From a virus (lineage: Duplodnaviria; Caudoviricetes): DNA of 53,375 nucleotides. A program made the position numbers and the translations under genes. Position 1 is the stretch's first letter. Every line of letters starts with the position of its first letter. Positions 44,364 through 52,100 of the stretch are shown in pieces. The stretch spans positions 1 through 53,375 of the IMG/VR virus record IMGVR_UViG_3300032290_000786; one strand, written 5' to 3'. The notes beneath the pieces are model-generated. The model had not been told where the DNA came from. It searched no databases and worked only from the letters and a program-made list of their open reading frames with translations.

Positions 44364-44918
44364 TTGGTTCCCCTTCCTAGTGTCAATCACCCCCTGTGAT
44401 TTCCACTAACTAAATACTATTACACTAGGATATATATGTCAAGTGTTTCCTCTAGGATTTATCTCACATATATGTAAGAGGTTACTCAGGAGTAACTTAG
44501 CCAGACGCTCAGGGGGGTAGTAACTATCAACAACTACTTGACCCTTGACTAGTCAGACACTAGCCAGCCTAGAAAGAAAATAAAATCATAAGAGCAATAG
44601 CAAAAAGTAAACTTGAGTCGCCTTGACTCACCTTTGACAAGTAAAAGTTATTAGTTGTTAGTAATACTCTCCATCTTCCTTGAAAATAATCTGACTAGGC
44701 ATAAGACCTTTGTTTTTTCATATAAATCTAGAAAATTAAAAGTTGTTTTGATGTCATTTATTTTTTATCCGGAAACGATTTGGAAAAGCGCTCAATATAT
44801 GCAGAGCCTTCTCACAGGCCAAAACCAAAATACGGAAACCTTCATATATTCGTCTGCATCGTCCAAGTATCTTGGAACTGTCTCTGTACGCTTATAAAAA
44901 ATACTGTACAATAGTAGT

Positions 44919-45419
44919 ATGAAGAAGAAGATAAAGTTACCTGCAGACGAGGTTCGCTTTCTCTCATCTCTTCCTGTAGAAATTTTTCACGGGCGCCTAC
45001 GGGCTCTTTGGGAGGCTGGCTGGTCTCTTGGAATTATTGCTAACTCATTAGAACCTAAGCGTCCTAAATCAACTGTGCACTTCTGGGTTCAGAACGCTAC
45101 TCCTCAAGAGCAGCGCAGGGCAGTTCCCAATACTCCACCGAAGTCCTTAACAACTACAGCGCCTCTACCTAATACCCCCCGTCTTCGTTCAATCTCACCA
45201 AGTGTGCCCCCTGAGATGAAACCTCAACTACAACACTTGTCTTCTCTTGCAAAGCGCTACCGAGCAAAGTCTGACCCTAATAGTGAATTCGCTATAGCCA
45301 ATAGAGAACTCACAGACCTTGCTAGAAGCCTCTACAACCGCGGTGTGCCCGCTGCAGACATCGCTGAGGCTGCTGGAGTCACCTATAGGGCTATGGCAAG
45401 GCGTCTATCAAATGGCTAA
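44919..45419 (+). CDS. twin HTH DNA-binding protein (distant third paralog, leaderless)
   Basis: RLRALWEAGWSLGIIA and GVPAADIAEAAGVTYRAMARRL. Confidence 0.7.
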   Translation: MKKKIKLPADEVRFLSSLPVEIFHGRLRALWEAGWSLGIIANSLEPKRPKSTVHFWVQNATPQEQRRAVPNTPPKSLTTTAPLPNTPRLRSISPSVPPEMKPQLQHLSSLAKRYRAKSDPNSEFAIANRELTDLARSLYNRGVPAADIAEAAGVTYRAMARRLSNG

Positions 45420-45759
45420 GACATATAAAACATCTTCTGGAACATTCTCCGAGTCTGAACTAGTCATTGCTATCTGGACAAACCCTAAGCGTGCTAAAGC
45501 CAGACCTAACGCTAGACCGCTTGAGACGCTTACTTCAGAGAAGTCTACTTTTCCTATCGCGTTCCCTCTCGAAAAACTGCAAACAATAGCCTCTTGGATG
45601 TACTGTACGGTTGCTAGAGAGTCTAAAGATGTTGATGACGTGCTTGGTTCAGGAAAAGCAACCCGTCAAAGCCCCCTACTTGTTCCACTTAGTTTGGCAC
45701 GCTCTTATCTCGGCTGGGATGAGTTCTATGTACCTACAGAATATACGGATGTGAAATGA
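45412..45759 (+). CDS. hypothetical protein
   Basis: Overlapping operon. Confidence 0.65.
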   Translation: MAKTYKTSSGTFSESELVIAIWTNPKRAKARPNARPLETLTSEKSTFPIAFPLEKLQTIASWMYCTVARESKDVDDVLGSGKATRQSPLLVPLSLARSYLGWDEFYVPTEYTDVK

Positions 45760-46112
45760 AAGTATTGGCAGATGTCTTCCCAGCACTCGTCGCCATTGCT
45801 CCACCTAACTCCTTAGAAGATAAAAGCAGTTTCAAACCCCGTGGGAAGTCTCCCGAAGGCACTCGCAGACTAGACAGATGCAGAGTAGTTGTCTTCAATG
45901 GCAAAATACTTATAGGAGTTGATTCCCCCGAAGGTCCGACACTCGTATTCAGAGAAGAGATACTTTCTCATAGTAAAGAGGATAGACTTCATTATGTAGA
46001 GACGGTGACTGGAAAGGTTCTAGTCTTCCAAAAGGATGAGAACTGCGGTTGTGGTTCAAGATTGAGGTCGTGGATGCCATTCGGAGACATTATGATGGCT
46101 AGCGATGAATAA
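45756..46112 (+). CDS. hypothetical protein
   Basis: ATGA overlap; CGCGSRLRSW. Confidence 0.7.
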   Translation: MKVLADVFPALVAIAPPNSLEDKSSFKPRGKSPEGTRRLDRCRVVVFNGKILIGVDSPEGPTLVFREEILSHSKEDRLHYVETVTGKVLVFQKDENCGCGSRLRSWMPFGDIMMASDE

Positions 46113-46398
46113 TTTCTTTTACTTTATGGTTGGAGCCCTTGCCACCTACCGACTCTCCCGTCTTCTAACTAGGGATGAGATTCTTTCCCCAGCCAGAAAC
46201 TGGCTATGGAAGCGTTTTCCACCAGAGACTTCTAAGTTTGGATATCTCTTTACTTGTATGTGGTGTATGAGCATTTGGTCAGCATCAATACTCGTACTCT
46301 CAGGTATTATTATCTTCAAGATAACCTTATACCTCGGATTAGTTCTTTCCTTCTCTGCGGTTACAGGTCTCTTAGCCGCATACGAAGATAGAAATTGA
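46105..46398 (+). CDS. DUF1360-like membrane protein
   Basis: LATYRLSRLLTRD.I, GYLFTCMWCMSIW. Confidence 0.75.
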   Translation: MNNFFYFMVGALATYRLSRLLTRDEILSPARNWLWKRFPPETSKFGYLFTCMWCMSIWSASILVLSGIIIFKITLYLGLVLSFSAVTGLLAAYEDRN

Positions 46399-46432
46399 AT
46401 CGTATTCCGTGAAAAAGACTAGGAGTAAAACA

Positions 46433-48172
46433 TTGGGCGTATTTGTCCGCAAGGATGGCTTACCAGAGCCAGAGAAAACTCCTGTCCCTAAGAGCAAGCC
46501 TAAAAAATCAACTCGTAAATCAACTCGGTCAACACAAGTTGTATTTAATGCGCCTCCTAAAGTAAGTGGTGCTGCATCAATCTTTCTAAACAATTCTGCA
46601 CAGTCTGTTGCATACTCGGCACCAAGAACTCTTACAGCAGCAGCAGTACAAATAAAAGTAAATGATAAAGGCGAGTCTGAACAATTCAAACTTCGTCGCT
46701 CTGCAGCATCATCATCTTGGCAAGCAGAGGCTTGGGAGTATTACGACGCAATTGGTGAAGTGAAGTATGCCTTCAACCTTGTTGCATCTGTTGTATCTCG
46801 TATTCGTATATATGCAGCAGTAATAGATAACCCTTCAGAGGCACCAGCATCAGTTCGTGACTCTTCTAAAATTGAGCCACGTCTTGCTGCTGCAGCAGAG
46901 CGTGCACTTGCTCGTCTTGATTCTGCATACGGCGGACAGGCTGGTCTTCTAAAAGATGCAGCACTGAATCTTTCAGTTGCTGGTGAATGTTATTTAGTTC
47001 AAATGCCAGAGTTGCGTGGAAGCGGACTACCTGAGTCTTGGGATATTCGCTCTGTAGATGAAATTCTTGCTGATGCTCGCGGTGGCTTTAATGTTATTAG
47101 TCGTCGTGAACAAAATAGCGGTCAAGGAATGGTTGGCGTACAGAAACTTGCTAACAAAGCATTCGTAGGACGCATCTGGCGTTCACACCCACGCTATTCA
47201 GATGAGGCAGACTCATCACTTCGTGGATTACTAGACCTTTGTGCAGAACTACTTCTCCTCAACAGAACATTCCGTGCAACAGCACGCTCTCGCCTAAATG
47301 CTGGTGCTCTTTACTTACCAGACGGACTCTCTGTTGCTGCACAAGGCGACCCAGACTATCCATACGATACTGATAGTGAATTAAATCCTGGCTTTACAGC
47401 AGAGGAAGCAGAAGATGAGTTTGAAGAACAACTCATTGATGCAATGACAACTCCAATTCGTGATGAGGAGTCTGCATCTGCTGTTGTTCCACTTATTATT
47501 CGTGGTCCTGCTGAACTTGGTGACAAGATTAAGCAATTTAAGTTTGAGCGTTCGTTCGACCCTGCGTTAGCGCAACGTGCAGACCGTGTTCTAGAACGTA
47601 TCCTTCAAGGTCTAGATGTTCCAAAGGATGTAGTAACTGGTCTGGCTAATGTGAAATACTCGAACGCTCTTCAAATTGATGAAGCGCTATACAAAGCACA
47701 TATCGAACCACTTATGTTGCTTATTGCTGATGCTTTAACAATTGTCTATCTACGTCCTTACTTAGAGGCACAAGGATTTAGCCCGTCAGACGTTGAGAAG
47801 ATAGTTGTTTGGTATGACCCATCAGCAGTTTCAACTCGCAATGACCGTGCAGCAGATGCTGACGCAGGATTTGACCGCGGAGCAGTCTCCCTACAGACAT
47901 GGCGTCGCGCTCATGGGTTCTCTGATGCAGATGCACCTACCCCAAACGAGTTAGCAATTCGTATGCTCTCTGAAAAGGGAATGATTACTCCTGAACTTAC
48001 AGAAGCAATGCTCAGTTCTATTGCTCCAGAGTTAATGAACGCGGTGAAACAATCACAGCAAGCAGCATCTGTTGGTCCACTACCCCCAGAAGTTCAACAA
48101 GTATTAGAGCAAGCAACAAATCCTGGAGGTGAGAGCGTTGAGCAAAACAATCAGCCAGACACCAGCGCCTAA
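46433..48172 (+). CDS. phage portal protein
   Basis: WQAEAWEYYD.IGE..Y......SR.R.YA, L.VAGE, RIWR.HP...EADS; resembles actinophage portals; AGGAG RBS with TTG start. Confidence 0.75.
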   Translation: MGVFVRKDGLPEPEKTPVPKSKPKKSTRKSTRSTQVVFNAPPKVSGAASIFLNNSAQSVAYSAPRTLTAAAVQIKVNDKGESEQFKLRRSAASSSWQAEAWEYYDAIGEVKYAFNLVASVVSRIRIYAAVIDNPSEAPASVRDSSKIEPRLAAAAERALARLDSAYGGQAGLLKDAALNLSVAGECYLVQMPELRGSGLPESWDIRSVDEILADARGGFNVISRREQNSGQGMVGVQKLANKAFVGRIWRSHPRYSDEADSSLRGLLDLCAELLLLNRTFRATARSRLNAGALYLPDGLSVAAQGDPDYPYDTDSELNPGFTAEEAEDEFEEQLIDAMTTPIRDEESASAVVPLIIRGPAELGDKIKQFKFERSFDPALAQRADRVLERILQGLDVPKDVVTGLANVKYSNALQIDEALYKAHIEPLMLLIADALTIVYLRPYLEAQGFSPSDVEKIVVWYDPSAVSTRNDRAADADAGFDRGAVSLQTWRRAHGFSDADAPTPNELAIRMLSEKGMITPELTEAMLSSIAPELMNAVKQSQQAASVGPLPPEVQQVLEQATNPGGESVEQNNQPDTSA

Positions 48173-49100
48173 GTCCGACAAGAAGATTGGTTCTTCTAAG
48201 AACTCAAAGAACTCTGCTTCAGGAACAAAAAAAGCACGAACAATAAAATTTTCTGCTGCAACAGAAGCATCTCTTAAAGAAAAAGTAGCAAAGCACAACG
48301 AGAAAGCGCCAGATGGTCGCAGAGCCTCTCTTGGAATGCTTAAGGCTGTTTACCGCCGTGGTGCAGGAGCATTTTCTACATCTCACCGCCCTGGGATGGA
48401 CCGCAATCAATGGGCTATGGCTCGTGTTAATGCTTATCTAAAACTTTTGAAGTCTGGCAAGCCATCTAATGCTGCATATAAATCAGACAATGATTTACTT
48501 CCTGCAAGCCACCCACGTTCTACAAAGAAGTCAGCATCTATTACTGCATCTGGATTAGTTCCAGAAGAGCAGGAGTTAGCAGGTGCTTTGATTGAGATAG
48601 CAGATAAGTATGGAAAGTTTAATGAAGATAGCACTGGCATTTGGGCTGGATACACTCCTGCAGCAGAGAATGAAGTAAGAGAGATTGGCGTTACTTGTGC
48701 CAACTGCGTTCTTTATATTGGCGGCTCTGAGTGCAAGATTATTGCACTACCAGTAGAGCCAGAAGGAAAGTGTCGTTTTGCAGTTATTCCTGAAGGAGTT
48801 GTCTCAGGAAAAACTGATTACAAAGATATTCAAAATGAAATTGAAGATTATATTTTAGAAGAAGAACTTAGTGTAGAACTAAAAAGTAAAGAAGAATACG
48901 AGTATGCCGAAGACGCTATTCTTGCTATGACAGAATATTCTTGCCTAGGTTATGAAGTTGAGCCAGCAATTAGAGCAAGTTGGTTACGCGGAGTCCGCAA
49001 CGGGGAAGATGCATTCTTAAGAGCATCACTTCTTGCTTCTTTGGGATATGAAAGTCTAGACGCAGATTTACTACCAGTGATTGAGGAAGATAATGAGTAG
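48138..49100 (+). CDS. head-module protein with DUF5824-like domain and HiPIP-like four-Cys motif
   Basis: LKAVYRRGAGAF..SHRPG....QWAMARVNA; CANC-x8-C-x10-GKC; GGAGGT RBS. Confidence 0.6.
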   Translation: MSKTISQTPAPKSDKKIGSSKNSKNSASGTKKARTIKFSAATEASLKEKVAKHNEKAPDGRRASLGMLKAVYRRGAGAFSTSHRPGMDRNQWAMARVNAYLKLLKSGKPSNAAYKSDNDLLPASHPRSTKKSASITASGLVPEEQELAGALIEIADKYGKFNEDSTGIWAGYTPAAENEVREIGVTCANCVLYIGGSECKIIALPVEPEGKCRFAVIPEGVVSGKTDYKDIQNEIEDYILEEELSVELKSKEEYEYAEDAILAMTEYSCLGYEVEPAIRASWLRGVRNGEDAFLRASLLASLGYESLDADLLPVIEEDNE

Positions 49101-52100
49101 AGTTCGTCGCTTAAGTTATGCCATTGACCTACAAGGTCGTCGTGCTAACTCTATGCAACAGGCTTCTCGCTTACGCGATACAGCCCTAACACTCATTGAA
49201 ACAGCAAATCAAAATGCATCTATATCTCGTAGAGTTACAAAGAAAGCAGCATTTACTGTAGTTCTTCGCTCTTTAGAGAAGACACGCAATCTTCCGTTCT
49301 CACTAAGAGAGCATATGGCGATGAAAGAACTATCTCGCTACATTAGCCTTGCTCAAACAGATAAAATTGAATCACTCACTCTTTCTCATACTGACCTTCT
49401 TCCTATCTCTCATCCACGCTCTACCCGCGAGCATTCTCTTACAGCGTCAGCACTTCGCTTAACAAAATCACGCTGGTATGCAGATGACCCACGCATTACA
49501 GATGAACGTGCCAGAGTAATTCTTGCTTCTGCTTTTTCAGCAGAGCCAGGTTCTGTAGAACACACTTACTACTCATCAATTCTTTCTGGACTATCTCAGG
49601 GAATGATTCCTGCAGATGCTCTTATTGCAGCAGGTAATCCTTTCTCTGGTAAAAATTCTTCAGCAGAACGTTCACTTCGTGCTCGCTTGCAGCGCCGTGA
49701 CCGCGAAGGAAAGTTCGCATTCATGGGTGGTGGACTAAGTGCACTTGTTCGTAGAGCAAATGGTCAAGTATTTAACCTTGTTGGTCGTCCTGTTATTGAT
49801 GGACCAAATGGTGATGATATTCAGATGGAACTTCCTAATGGAAAGATTGTAAATATTCCTGCATCAAAAGGTATGTTTACAAAAGCAATCATCAATCAGA
49901 CTTCTGACGGATTTAGCAAGAACCCTGCAAAGGCAGCAACAACAAGCAACATCATTAACGAATCAGATTTAGTTTTTGTTGACGCCCCTAATGGCTGGAA
50001 CAAAATTGCTGAAAATGTTTGGTCAAATGGTTCTTGGGAAGCATCTAAAGGAAAAGATGGCAATTTTATAATTGATAGAGATGCTAATAATGGAAAAAGA
50101 GAAGTAATTAAAGGTAATTTCTCCGACTGGGAAGATGTTCTTGATGGTATTGCTGATTATGAAGAAAAAGGCGATAAGAAAAAAGCAACTCTTCCTGAGT
50201 CAGAACAAAAGCCTAAGGCTCAAGTTCCAAATGGTGGAGATGGCGAAGGACCAAAGGGTCCTAAGAAGTTTGAGTTTGAATATCCTCAGGGTGCATACAA
50301 GATTCAGCAAGGAAAAGAATATGACCCAGAAGGTCGTATTGATGAAGAGTCAACAGATTTTACTGATGACCCTGTAGAACTTGCTCAGATGCAAGATGTT
50401 CGTGACCTTATTAATGGATTAGAACAAGCAGTTCTTCCTCAAGGTAATAACGAGAATGCTTTTGGATATGGTGCACTTCGTTTTAATCGCGGAGATGAAT
50501 TAGTACCTGCAGATGCAATCTATAACGCTCTCAAAGAGGCTGGGGAAGATGCTGACCTTGAGTTGGCACGCATTTACGATAAGGGACTTGACTCAAACGC
50601 TAATGAGAACGCTCTTATTGATTCTCGTAAGGGTGCAGAGTCTGTCGGACAAGCATCTCCTAAACTTGAAGAATCATTTAAGCGTATTACAGAAGAAGGA
50701 ACTCCTGATGTTGCACCTGCTGCAATAGAAGAGCCTTTTGTAGAAGAGCAAAGAGACCTAACTCCTCTTCCACCACTTCTAGATGGTATGTCAGAAACAG
50801 AAGTTGCTCGTTTCGTTGAGACAAAAGACCACACTCCTTTCCTTCCAAAAAATGAAGACATTCAAATGCCAGAGGGATATAACACTCTTAATCCAGAACC
50901 GTTCCAGTCATGGCAAGAAGTAACACCAGATAATCCAAGTGATGTTCTTCCAGAAGGTTTCTCAGATAATCCTGTATTTCTATCTCAACTTCCTAAGAGC
51001 GAACTTCTCTCTGAACTCCGCCGCTCCATCGAGCCAGGAAATGAAGCACCAGGTTATGGCGCTATATCTTTAGAAACAGAAGATGGAGAAAAGTTCACTG
51101 CTAACGTTCCAGGAGAAGCAATTCGTGATGCTCTTCAGTTACAAGGTGTAGATACAAACGCAGAGATTAAAAAGATTGCTGATGAAGGCTTTGTCGGTCA
51201 AGAAGATGAGAAGCAGAAAGCAACTCTTCCAACTGATGAGCCAGTTGCAGAACTTCCTCTAGATATTCCTGTAGAGAAGAAGCCAATGAATGCTTATGAG
51301 CGTTTGATGGCAGAGAATCAAGCAGCAAGAGACGCTGTTGAAAATCGTAAAGCAGAACTTGATAAGGCTGCTGCAGACCGTGTAGATGAGCAGGGTCGTA
51401 ATGTTCCCGAAGGCTGGGGAATTGAAAGAAAGAATAAGCCTTTCTTTGGTGCACTAGATAGACCAGAAAACCACTTTAACGTTTACGGACGTAATAATTT
51501 TGAAGCCCGTGTTGATGCAAACGGAAAGATTACTCTCAAAGATAATAACAACCTTCTTGAGGCTAAGACATATGACTCATGGGAAGAACTACAAGCAGAC
51601 TTCGATGCTCGTAAAGCAGAATACGCTGCAGCCTCTCGTGCACAGATTAAAGAGTGGGCAAAGGGATTTGGTTTCTCTGACGAGCAAGTAAACGCATTTG
51701 ATTCAATGACTGAGCAAGAGATTGCTGACTTCTTTGCTAACCCAGAAAACCATACACCAGAGTATGCAAGCGCTTTAGATGATGCTGATACTTCATGGGC
51801 TGTTGACCTTCCAAACAATGCACAGAAGCAACGCTGGAATAACTTTAGAAAGAATGAACGCATTGCAGAACACGCTGGAGATTTCCCAGATGGAAATGTT
51901 CCTCAGGCAGAACTTCCAGCAAAAGCAAACACACCTGAGCAAATTTCAGGAGTGCCTCAGTTTAAGAGAATAGACGAAGACCCTAACTATTTACCAGGTG
52001 TTAGTGGTCCAAATGTTCCAGGAAGAGAAAAGAAAACTGTCTCTGCTGAAGCACCTAATGATTTTGAAGTAGATTCGATTGAAGAAGTTCCAGACGGTCT

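Larger units (their letters stand above)
41979..44442 (-). promoter_or_regulatory. array of SigA promoters (minus strand)
   Basis: TGTCAA (reverse -35) at 42002, 42855, 43392, 44078, 44437 and TTGCAA at 43782, each with a -10 about 17 nt away. Confidence 0.8.
18441..44611. repeat. dispersed motif A, (T)AG(C/G)AAAAAGTAAAAA, about 25 copies
   Basis: Core starts on +: 18444, 19705, 20407, 21766, 22489, 22759, 23906, 28258, 29721, 30747, 32068, 33015, 35656, 36829, 37566, 38183, 39548, 41088, 44602; on -: 33913, 34894, 41475, 42926, 44032; partial at 28711 and 38733. Confidence 0.9.

Noticed and set aside
18441-44611. Motif A/B repeats as a CRISPR array
   Set aside because: Copies are dispersed, short, in both orientations and not regularly spaced; no cas genes seen
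1716-48703. Antisense or alternate-frame ORFs overlapping recognised genes (e.g. 11126-11506, 16981-17421, 27075-27500, 31802-32203)
   Set aside because: Shadow ORFs with no RBS or motifs
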